Below the pieces are notes generated by a model. That model ran no database searches. It worked only from the letters and a program-made list of their open reading frames with translations, and had not been told where the DNA came from. A stretch of DNA of 61,731 nucleotides, counting the filler, from Hausera hauseri (Eukaryota): the NCBI GenBank assembly GCA_046269625.1. It is 11 parts of 11 records of this genome, joined end to end, with 100 filler letters (N's around TTAATTAATTAA, not from the genome) between each part and the next. Parts side by side here need not be neighbours in the genome. Positions count along the whole stretch, not along the records: positions 50,144 to 54,743 come from JBJURY010510572.1; positions 54,844 to 61,731 come from JBJURY010054885.1; 9 more parts are not named here. The stretch is one strand, 5' to 3'. Positions 51,911 to 61,145 of the stretch are shown here, in pieces. Position numbers and translations under genes: made by a program. Position 1 is the first letter of the stretch; each line of letters starts with the position of its first letter.

Positions 51911-53273
51911 GTATGTTGCGTCCATTTTTAATTGACAATCTCTGCCTTTTATTCTACGTTAATATTAATAATTATTTATTTATCAAATTTATCGTATTAA
52001 ATGGACAATGGATGTTGTCGATTAATAATTTAAATGATAATTTCTTTCGCATTTAATTTGGTCAGTGTCAATTGTTCGATGTCTATATATAGTAACAACT
52101 TTCATTACTTATGAAATTTTGAAATGAATTTAAGACTTCGCAATTTAAAGTGAAGTATTTTGAAGATTTGACAAAGAATTCACGCAGTTTAGTGTATATT
52201 TTTATATAATGAACAACGAGGAGTGACAAAAATATGTTGTATGACTCATTTTGTTGTATTAGTCATGGAACTTATTCACTTTACCTCCCATATAAATATT
52301 TAAATCTTTAGTATGTTTTCTTCAATTTTTCCATCTGCTATTTAGTCATTAATCCGGAGTAGTTGTTCCATCGGATTTAGAAATATTTACACCATTCACC
52401 GAACATTCTCTCCGGTGAACATTAGGTGAATATAACAGGCTTCATAAAACTACAATGTTAATTAAATGTTAATTTAACTTACATTATTTAGATAATATAT
52501 AAATGAGGGTTCAAAAAATTCTAAATGAAATTATAATGCGAAGTCAAATTGCCCAAAGCGGCATCAAATAGACAGCTCTACACTATACAGTTTCTGGGGT
52601 GTTGTTTTTCGAGACTAGATTGAATAGTCATGTTTAAATCCTGTCTAATCCGGAAACTCAAGCAACGCAACTTTACAAAAATTATGGACCAAATTAATGT
52701 TTCGATTCATAAAAAATGTTTACACAATATAAACCATACAAGGATTTAAAACCATGTTGGCTCAATTTGCATCAAAGGCGCCCATGTGAAGCAAACGCGC
52801 AAATATCTTTGTCTTTACGCTTCACTGGTCCATAAGGAGTTAAATAGGTTTATAACAAATAGCCAGAGGTGCAAAATACAATTCTGATTAATAATATGAA
52901 AAAATGTCCGAGAAAGCCCAAATAACACATTTGGAGCTTTTAAATATAACAGCATTTCGCACTTGTTCAAATCTTCCCCACTGTGTTTAGAAATTTTGAA
53001 CTTTTACAAAATTTTCGTTCCATTTCTCGTGCTCATGTTATTTTAAAATTCAAATTAGAATGTTTTTTTGATGTTCTGTCAATATAAAATGTATTGGATT
53101 CATTCACAATAGCATATTCTCTTGAGTATAAATTTTGGCTATCACATGACTGAAGACAGACTATATTCGTAATAAGTCGAATATATATATATCTGCACGT
53201 CTCTCACTATTTGTTATAAAAACTTAGGTTTACGGTAAAATTCGTTTCCTTCTTAGATAGGTTATCAGTAATA

Positions 53274-54185
53274 CAAAGGAAATCCTGAAAGTAATGCCTC
53301 CTCCTTTAACTTTTTTCATTTGTAACTGATTTAGATGAAACTACACAGACATGTACTATATGTTTCTAATCACATGAATTTTTATTTTAAAATTATAATC
53401 AATAATAACATGGATAAAAGAGAAAAGAAGAGTGAAATAACTGAGTCCCTGTAAAAGAGGGATGAGGCTCCAGAGATCCATAGGAGACTCCTGAAAGTGC
53501 ATGGAGGTGCCACAATTGACATAAGTAATGTCCGGAGATGGATGAAGAGGTTTCGAGAGGGAAAAGTTCAGTGGTAGACAAACAGCAGAGTGGGAGACCA
53601 GCAACTGCAGTGACAGGTCTGAACAAACAACATGTGAATGACTTCATTAGGACTGATCGTGGTGTGACTATCCAGGAGTTGTGTGATTTCGTTCACGGTG
53701 GTAAGAGTGCTATGGAAACTTTAATTAGTGATCTCGGCTATAGAAAAATCTGTTCAAAGTGGATTCCAAGATAGCTAACCCGTGAACAATGCGTGGAAAG
53801 GGTGACCGTGTGCCAGAACCTCTTAGACTGTTATGAGAGGGAGTTAGGTTTTTTTCCAATGTTGTGAAGGGGAATGAAACCTGCGTATTCCTGCATGACC
53901 CACAAACCAAACGTCCTTCAATGGAATGACATCGTACTGCTTCACCTTGAAAGAAAAAGTGAAAACAAGTCGGTCCTCATGGAAAGTGATGACAATATTC
54001 TGGGACAGCCAGTGTCATTTTTATTTATCAATCACCAGACATTAAAAAAGTTAAAGAAGGCTATCCGAAAGAAAAGACCTGACATTCCACTTAATAATGT
54101 TGTCTTGCATCATGATAATGCACGACCGCACAACTCAATGGAGACGTCACAAGCAATAGCTGCAATGGGGTGGACTGTGATGCCG
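53274..54185 (+). mobile_element. mariner-family transposon, decayed; a further mariner C-terminal remnant at about 54570-54743
   Basis: TA + CAAAGGAAATCCTGAAAGTAATGCCTCC terminus. IHRRLLKVHG..VRRW..RF, SGRP, LGYRKICSKWIPR*L, GNET (GDET), LHHDNARPH. Confidence 0.88.
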
Positions 54186-54843
54186 AAATGTAATTTGCTT
54201 TTTAATATTATTACTGGTTGTACTTTGGATGTTGGATCACGTATGTCTTTGGATATTATCGATGAGGACAAAATCAAATATCCTCTCAATTATCTCACCA
54301 ATGACTCATCCATGGGTCATATGCAGCCTAGACGTCCAGTTATAATTAATGAAAACGATGCACTTTGGACTTTTGTCAGTTTATGTGAAACAGCTATAAG
54401 AAATCGTTGTGCATGTGACATTTTCAACACCAATAATCAATCCTCCATCTCGAATATTCATTTATGAATTGCATGCAAAGTATTTAAAACGCTGCGGAAC
54501 GAAGTGGACGCCCTTCTTCAACCACAACTGATAATAACATTGAAGGGGTGGCATTGCCAATACAGGAAAATATGATTTGTCTTTAAATATCTTGATAAAC
54601 GTCGACAGCGTATGAACTTTGCTGATGATGAAGAATTAAAGACATTCCTTTCGAAGTTCCTTCGCGGCATCACTAAAGATGAATGGAGCTGACAATTTGA
54701 AAGTTGGAAAACTGATCTGCAGAACATTATTCAAAATGGAGGTNNNNNNNNNNNNNNNNNNNNNNNNNNNNNNNNNNNNNNNNNNNNTTAATTAATTAAN
54801 NNNNNNNNNNNNNNNNNNNNNNNNNNNNNNNNNNNNNNNNNNN

Positions 54844-55053
54844 TTTGTGGGCTGTACTCACTATCGTGGGCCCGTCGAGCGGGTGGTACTTACCTTTGCG
54901 GGTGGTACTTATCTTTGTGGGCGGTACTTACTTTCGTGGGCGTGTCCAGCGGGTGGTACTCACCTTTGTGGGCGGTACTTACCTTCATGGGCGTGTCCAG
55001 CGGGTGGTACTTACCATTGTGGGCGGTACTTACCTTCGTGGGCGTGTCTAGTG
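54844..55053. repeat. Minisatellite (about 19/32-bp subunits, about 51-bp higher-order unit) with 8 GTACT(T/C)AC(C)-type cores
   Basis: GGGCGGTACTTACCTTTGT and GGGCGTGTCCAGCGGGTGGTACTTACC units. Confidence 0.9.
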
Positions 55054-55600
55054 GGTCCACCAGTCCACAGGGAAGTCTCTTTGGAGCAGGGAAGTATTTC
55101 TTTAAATTGAGGTAAGTGTTTAAGGTCAGTACCTCACCTCAGACCCGGAGATTAATTGTTTGCAGGGGTTAACTTTAGAGTTTAGGGGTCATGTGGGCAA
55201 ATTATCGATCCGTTTTTTCTTTTAAATTAGTATGGGGCGTCAAATTCTGGGGTTATTTTTTTGGAAAATGTGGTCGGGGGGGACGATGGATGGCCGTAAC
55301 ACATCACAGGGTTAATATGAGGCGATTCCTCCCTGGGGTTAATGTCAGGGTTGGCAGTCAGGGTGGGGGTTAAAATTTGACCCAAAGGGGTTAATATGAG
55401 GTAATAATATAATAATATAATAATATAATCAGGTTAATATTAGGTATAGATAATGACCATGAACATAGTGCAGGTTATAATAAGTGATTATATTAGTAGT
55501 GAAGACAGCCATAATATCAACAATATAATAATAAGTTAATAACAGTACCATCCATAGATTTTATTTCAGTATTTATTTATTTATTTATTTACTTATTTAT

Positions 55601-57817
55601 TTATTTTTCATTTAACCCCTTAGGTGTCACTGTGTCCAGTTTGGAGATCCAAAGTCTCTCAGCTCTCCTCCTCTGGGCGAGTGACCAGGTGGGATCACAT
55701 TCTAAGATGGTGGCTTTTACAGATTCCCACCCATGAAGAATAAAATGCTGGACCAGAGGTGTGTGTGTCTCTTTCTTTTTATTAATGTTATGTCTGTGTT
55801 GTGTAAATCTCGTCAGCAGTGTGTTCCCAGTCTCTCCCACATATTGGGCTCCACACTGCTGACATGAGATAAGATACACACAGTTTCTTGTCCGGGAGCA
55901 CCCCCTGCTGGCCGTTTTGAAAATTGTTTTATTATATTTGTTTTGGACCCATCTCAGTTGTTTGAAGAATTCCTGCTGACCTTTGACCTTCGGCGTGGTG
56001 AGCGGCTTTAACTTGGCATGTACCAAGTAATCCTTCAGATTTTTATTCCTTCTATATGCCCCAATGATTCTATGATCCAATAGGAGTTGGCTTTCTTTTT
56101 GGAATTTTTCAAAATTAATTTTAATGTTTTTAACTAATTTCATGGCAGATGGAGAATAATTAGTTACAAAAGGGATAATGGCCTCCACAGCAGTTGGTTT
56201 GGTCAGCAGGAATGTCTTCAAACACTTTCTCAGGAAGGACCTCGAGTATCCTCTCCCGGACAGAGCTGAAAACAACACTTTAGTTGCAGTTTTAAAATCT
56301 GACTGCTGTGTGCAAATTCTGTGAAATCTTAACAATTGGGATTTGATAAGTCCTGCATAGGTGTGCTTGGGGTGAAAACTACTTTTGTATAATAGGGCAT
56401 GTGTGTCTGTGTCCTTAAAGAAGACTTTAACGTCCAGGACGTGTGTGTCTTTAAAATTTGGGCCTTTGAATGTGGTGGTGTCCAGAAAATCTACAGATGT
56501 GAGGTGTGTGGTGGCTTTAAGTTTAATGGATGGGTTGTGTGTGTTCAGTGAGTCCAGGAAAGTCTCGAAGTCCCTCTCTGAGTGGGTCCACACACCCCAG
56601 ATGTCATCCAGATACCTATAATAGAAAAGAGGTTTTTTCTCACACCTCTCAAGGGCTGACTCCTCCCACAAAGCCATAAAGATGTTGGCATAGCCAGGTG
56701 CAAACTTTTTACCCATGGCAGTTCCCTTTATTTGTAAGAAATATTCATTATTAAATTCAAAGTCATTTTTTGTCAAATTAATTTCTAATAGTTGGATTAG
56801 CTCCTTCTCAGGTCTCGAACTGCATGGATATTTTCTAAATATGGTTTTCACTGCCTCAATTCCTTCATTTATAGGGATATTAGTGTACAGGCTCTCGACA
56901 TCCATTGTGAAGAGGATCGCATCGTCAGGTAAGTGGATATTTTTTATTTTATTTACAAAATCATATGTATCTTTAATATAACTATTGTGTTTTATAGATA
57001 GAGGAGTTAAATAATAATCAATAAATTCAGCTGTATAATAGGTTTCACTCCCACAATCTGAGACGATGGGCCTCCCACTGGGCACTTCAAAGGGTCGAGA
57101 CCAAGTACTGGGTTCCTTATGGATTTTAGGCAGTAAATAAAACCTTCTGGCTCTGGGCTCCTCAGAGCCAATTAAGTACTTTCGCTGTTTAGCATTGATA
57201 AACTTTTTAATATATAAGTTATTAATAATTTTAGTGATAAGGGGTATAGTTTCTATATAGATAGGTTTGGTTAGTTTAGAATAATAGTGAGTATTATTAA
57301 GTTGTTTATATCCTTCATATAAATATTGATCTCTATCCATAATTACTATAGCGCTCCCCTTATCTGCAGGTTTAATAATAATGTTTCTATTGTTTAATAG
57401 TTCTTTAAGAGCCAAGGTTTCTTCTTTATTTAGATTAGGTTTATTTTTATATAATTTAAAGTTTTTTTGAAAATAATCCATGTCATTTTTTATTAGGGTG
57501 GAGACCTGAGGAGGGAGTCTGACCAACGCTGGTTCCCAGCTGGATTTGGGAGTAAAAGGAGGTATGTCTGTGTTGTTATCATCTTTATAATAAACTGCTA
57601 GTTTGATTCTTTTATGGTATTGTTGTATATCATATTTATTTTGTGCTAGAATGTTATTATTATTATTCCCTGTAGAGGGGACAAAGGTTAAGCCTTTATT
57701 TAGTAAGGTTAACTGTGCACTTGTTAGTTTGAAAGTTTTAGACAGATTAATGACATTTTTATTCCCCTCCTGTGAGGACAGGCTTGTGGGGAAATCTATT
57801 TTAAATGCTGCATCCAA
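55601..57817 (-). CDS. PLE reverse transcriptase + C-terminal GIY-YIG endonuclease (ORF2; listed start is TTG, probably expressed by -1 frameshift)
   Basis: VINLS..L...LL.KGLTF.P, IIKPADKG, FYLLPKIHK, GRPIVS, MDVESLYTNIP, GTAMG..FAP.YANIFM, YLDD, DFLD, AYRRNKNLKDYLV, CVYLISCQQCGAQYVGETG..L..RF..H...H...H, E..WI..L....P.GLN. 738 aa without interruption. Confidence 0.96.
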   Translation of the reverse strand: MDAAFKIDFPTSLSSQEGNKNVINLSKTFKLTSAQLTLLNKGLTFVPSTGNNNNNILAQNKYDIQQYHKRIKLAVYYKDDNNTDIPPFTPKSSWEPALVRLPPQVSTLIKNDMDYFQKNFKLYKNKPNLNKEETLALKELLNNRNIIIKPADKGSAIVIMDRDQYLYEGYKQLNNTHYYSKLTKPIYIETIPLITKIINNLYIKKFINAKQRKYLIGSEEPRARRFYLLPKIHKEPSTWSRPFEVPSGRPIVSDCGSETYYTAEFIDYYLTPLSIKHNSYIKDTYDFVNKIKNIHLPDDAILFTMDVESLYTNIPINEGIEAVKTIFRKYPCSSRPEKELIQLLEINLTKNDFEFNNEYFLQIKGTAMGKKFAPGYANIFMALWEESALERCEKKPLFYYRYLDDIWGVWTHSERDFETFLDSLNTHNPSIKLKATTHLTSVDFLDTTTFKGPNFKDTHVLDVKVFFKDTDTHALLYKSSFHPKHTYAGLIKSQLLRFHRICTQQSDFKTATKVLFSALSGRGYSRSFLRKCLKTFLLTKPTAVEAIIPFVTNYSPSAMKLVKNIKINFEKFQKESQLLLDHRIIGAYRRNKNLKDYLVHAKLKPLTTPKVKGQQEFFKQLRWVQNKYNKTIFKTASRGCSRTRNCVYLISCQQCGAQYVGETGNTLLTRFTQHRHNINKKKETHTPLVQHFILHGWESVKATILECDPTWSLAQRRRAERLWISKLDTVTPKGLNEK
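57762..57805 (-). promoter_or_regulatory. Predicted -1 programmed ribosomal frameshift signal
   Basis: Slippery U_UUA_AAA (57805-57799) in the ORF1 frame just before its UAG, 5-nt spacer UAGAU, then hairpin UUCCCC-ACAAG-CCUGU-CCUC-ACAGG-A-GGGGAA. The -1 frame is ORF2. Confidence 0.75.
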
Positions 57818-59931
57818 TGCTCAAACATGCAAATAGCTGTACCTTTGGACCAGTGAATGAGATCTTTCTCAGTTCTAAAGCTCTCTTGTAGAAGAGGGAT
57901 GTGGTGATCATACCCCTGGATTGTAGAGTTGAGTCTCTCCAGGAGGTCCTGATCCCTGCGAGGGAGGGAGGTGGAGAAGTTCACCTGAGGGATGAAGATC
58001 TGTGCTGCTGGTAGTTTCCTCATCGCCGTGGCAACAGCCTCCTCCATCTCCGCGACCACAGCCTGGAGGCTCCTCTGTGACCTGTCGTTGAGGCCGAAGG
58101 AAAGGACCAGCTTCTCCACCTCGCAGTCCACCTCGACCGTCCGCAGCAGGTGGGTGGCGTGCTCCCATTTGGCTCCTGCGAAGCTCTCCACCTGGAGGTC
58201 GGATCCATCGTAGGTGGGAAAGCGTGCCAGGTTGGAGTCTCCCACGATGACGTGTTTCTTGTTGATGTGCAATTTCCACTCCAGTTTCTTGTCAAACCTG
58301 GCGATGTGCTTGATGGGCCTAGTCATCCAGGGTGAGGAGGTTTCAGCCTGTGGTCCTGATGCTGCGGCCCCCGGTCTGGGCCTGATGAGTGGGCTCCCCG
58401 TCAAGGTCGTTTGGATGCAGGAGCGCCGCAGACGTCCCATCGGCTCCTCCAGTGGTGGGGTGTTGAAGGTGTAGTCCCCCAGATCTATGAGGTCCAGGTC
58501 CTCCTGGTCCTCCTCCTCTGCTGCCGACAGTCCATGATGCTGGGGGGTGGACGTGGTTGGAGAAGGAGATGTGGAGATGGCGGTCAGCTCACCTTGTGGC
58601 GTTCTCTGAGGTAAGGGAAGAGGCGGGGTCTGCTTTTCCTGTGGGGTCTCCGGTGTGATGAGGGGCCCCCCTTGTGAGGAGGATTGTGTGGAGTCCCCGA
58701 AGGCTGTTGTCCCCACTCTATCAGGCGACCAGTCACTCCTTTGGGGGTCAGTCATTGTCGCCATGTCCAGCAGGAGGCGAGCTGGAGTCCTGATGAAGGG
58801 GATGACAGGTGAGAGCTGTACAGGATTCTGCTCACCTGGTCCAGCTGTTGGTGAAGGGCTGGATGTAGGCTGGTTTTGTGCAGGAGAAGGAGAGGGGGAT
58901 GATGAGGATGATGAAGATGATGATGATGAGGAAGAGGAGGAGGCAGGATCAGTCCTCCTGTCTGGCCCACCTGGCGATGCTGGTGTTGGTGCAGGGGGGG
59001 AGGAGGAGGGTGGTGGAGAGGAAGGCCCCGTCCCCCTGGGTGGCTCATCTCCTGCAGGGGTTGTGGTCTCAGGGCCAGACCTCAGGAGCCTCTCCACTTC
59101 ATTTAGGGTCTCCTGCTTGAGACGCCTGCCCAGGTTCCTTCTGGCCCACTTGGTGGCAATTTGGAGAGGGCCTTCCAGGTCCACAAAGGCATAAAGTGAC
59201 AGGTCACTTAGTTCCTTGCAGATGGCCTGGTCGTAGTGTCCCTGCAGGATCTGCATGGTTGTGTGGGCCCAGTTGTGTGCATTTAATTCAATAAGGGACA
59301 GGGTGTTGTGGGTGGGGTTAGCAGGTTTAATTACAGAGGTCAGCTGGTCTTGGATCCTCTGCACAGCTGGTGGAAACTCACTCTTTGCCACGTTTGCAGA
59401 GTGATGAACAGCTTTGATCAGTCTGTGGATTGATCTGATCTTGTCTGTGAAGTGTGGATCATCACTCTGGATCGGCTGTGAGCGCTGGGTGGGGGGGCGG
59501 GGGGGGCGGGGTCTGTTGCGGGGTACATACCGCTGTTGTTGTCGGAATCTTGGCTGCCCGCTGCGGTTTCTGAGGGGCCTCTGTCCCCGGTTGCGGCTAG
59601 GATCAAGGCGCCGCTGATCAAAGGGGCCGCGGCTCCAGAAGCCGCCACGATCGACGTCATCCGGGGATCTCCAGCGGTTTCCCCGTTGCTGGTATCGGCG
59701 TGTGCTGCCGCGCCGGTCGCGCTGATCTCGGCCCCTCCGCGGGTAGCTGTGGTCCGGTCTGCCCCTCACCACCTCCGCGTAGGTCCGCTGTCTCGGCCGC
59801 GGCTCGGCTCGGCGCGGCTGTTCCCAGTGGCGTGGATTGGAGCTCCGGTTCCGGAAGCGTGGACGTCCTGCGTTGGGGTTGCTACGCAACCCGACTCGGG
59901 TCCAGCTGGGAGAACGGTCCCTCCACGGCAT
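57796..59931 (-). CDS. PLE ORF1: Arg-rich N-terminus, helical domain, Pro/Ser-rich linker, C-terminal SGNH/GDSL hydrolase
   Basis: 711-aa ATG-initiated ORF. SGNH blocks: I VIVGDSNL, II FAGAK, III SFGLND, V DLIHW (Ser-Gly-Asn-His plus Asp all present). Confidence 0.85.
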   Translation of the reverse strand: MPWRDRSPSWTRVGLRSNPNAGRPRFRNRSSNPRHWEQPRRAEPRPRQRTYAEVVRGRPDHSYPRRGRDQRDRRGSTRRYQQRGNRWRSPDDVDRGGFWSRGPFDQRRLDPSRNRGQRPLRNRSGQPRFRQQQRYVPRNRPRPPRPPTQRSQPIQSDDPHFTDKIRSIHRLIKAVHHSANVAKSEFPPAVQRIQDQLTSVIKPANPTHNTLSLIELNAHNWAHTTMQILQGHYDQAICKELSDLSLYAFVDLEGPLQIATKWARRNLGRRLKQETLNEVERLLRSGPETTTPAGDEPPRGTGPSSPPPSSSPPAPTPASPGGPDRRTDPASSSSSSSSSSSSSSSPSPSPAQNQPTSSPSPTAGPGEQNPVQLSPVIPFIRTPARLLLDMATMTDPQRSDWSPDRVGTTAFGDSTQSSSQGGPLITPETPQEKQTPPLPLPQRTPQGELTAISTSPSPTTSTPQHHGLSAAEEEDQEDLDLIDLGDYTFNTPPLEEPMGRLRRSCIQTTLTGSPLIRPRPGAAASGPQAETSSPWMTRPIKHIARFDKKLEWKLHINKKHVIVGDSNLARFPTYDGSDLQVESFAGAKWEHATHLLRTVEVDCEVEKLVLSFGLNDRSQRSLQAVVAEMEEAVATAMRKLPAAQIFIPQVNFSTSLPRRDQDLLERLNSTIQGYDHHIPLLQESFRTEKDLIHWSKGTAICMFEHWMQHLK

Positions 59932-60136
59932 GTTGGTTCCGGGTTTTGATTTAAAATATTTATAAAAAAAATGTTTTAAAAGTTATAAAAAAAATGTGAA
60001 AAAGGACTGGATTTTTTTCTTAATTAAAAGGTGGTTTAGTTTGTGAAAAAAGAGGCTTTGAATTTTGCGAACTCGCACTTTAATAAACGATTTTTTTCAA
60101 AAAAAATGGAACAATAAAAGTACAAAAATACAAAAA

Positions 60137-60195
60137 CAAGCTTTTCGCAACGTTTCGGTTATATTAAACCTTCTTCAGGCAAATGAAAAAGCTTG
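60137..60195 (-). ncRNA. Minimal type I hammerhead ribozyme motif (PLE-type)
   Basis: CAAGCUUUUUCAUUUGC-CUGAAGA-A-GGUU(UAAUAU)AACC-GAAAC-GUU-GCGAAAAGCUUG. Conserved CUGANGA/GAAA cores, stem II GGUU/AACC, palindromic AACGUU stem III and an extended stem I. Confidence 0.8.
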
Positions 60196-61145
60196 ATAAA
60201 TCAGGTAAATACCTTCAAAGTCCACCAAGAGTCCATCAGACGGTGTACAGGCAGTGAACAAGCGGTTACAAGCAACAAGCAGTTTTAAATTCGCCGCTGA
60301 TTGCCGGCGTCCGACGTAACCAGTCCCAGCCAATCATGTGGGCCGAACTCTGTACATTTAAATTCCATTGGCTCCACAGTGGCAAACAAAGTTTTTTTTC
60401 CTTCAACAACAACTCAAATTTGAACTTAAAAAGAACTCCGTACAGTATCCATGGTAACAAGAAAAAACAAAATGCAGAAACGAATCTTAACATCCGGTTG
60501 GACTCAAATAAAACAGGAAGTGGTTTCAAAATAAAAGCACAATATTTACAATTTGCAGTTTCTATACAGAACATTTGAAAAGGTTACAGAACATTGTAAG
60601 AACCATAATAGAACATGAAAAAATATATTTTACTTCCTGATTAGGTTTATAAAAAAAAAAAAAAAATAAAAAAGTATTTACATAATTCTTTTTCACCCTT
60701 TTAAAGAAAGATATGTATAATATTTATTTAGGTGCACAGTTTAGTTGTAGTTTTTGTTGTTTTTAGTATATTTATTCATTTAGATATTTGGAAACCAGCA
60801 ATATTTGATATTAGGATATTCTTATAAATTATTTAATTTGAATTAATTTTGTTCTATTTGTTGTTCAATTTACAGGGAGGAGGAGTCAGGTTTTCTCAAC
60901 TTCCAGGTATCTTTCAGACATCTTTCAAATACTCAAGGATCCACCAACAATATTTTCCAGGTAAGTCATGTTTAATTCTGTTTTACCTTTTCTCTCAGAT
61001 GGACCCTGAAGGGCTGATGGGAGCAACTGGAGGCCGAGACAGGAGGCACGGGCTGGATTAGGATTAGGGAAGGAGGAAGTTCCGGCGCCGCAGGCGTCGG
61101 AACTTCTGTGCACAGTCCATCACTGCCTCAGTCCTCACCGCCGCC

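Noticed and set aside
6494-54843. Recurring TTAATTAATTAA palindrome as a biological repeat, array or recombination site
   Set aside because: Always centred in exactly 44+44 Ns; it is a synthetic six-frame-stop linker.
54844-55053. CRISPR-like array
   Set aside because: Units are tandem with no unique spacers, there are no cas genes, and the context is eukaryotic.
57908-59954. Many overlapping alternative-frame and antisense ORFs over PLE ORF1 (e.g. 58655-59194 +, 59536-59949 +)
   Set aside because: Expected shadows of a GC-rich, low-complexity coding region; no recognisable motifs.
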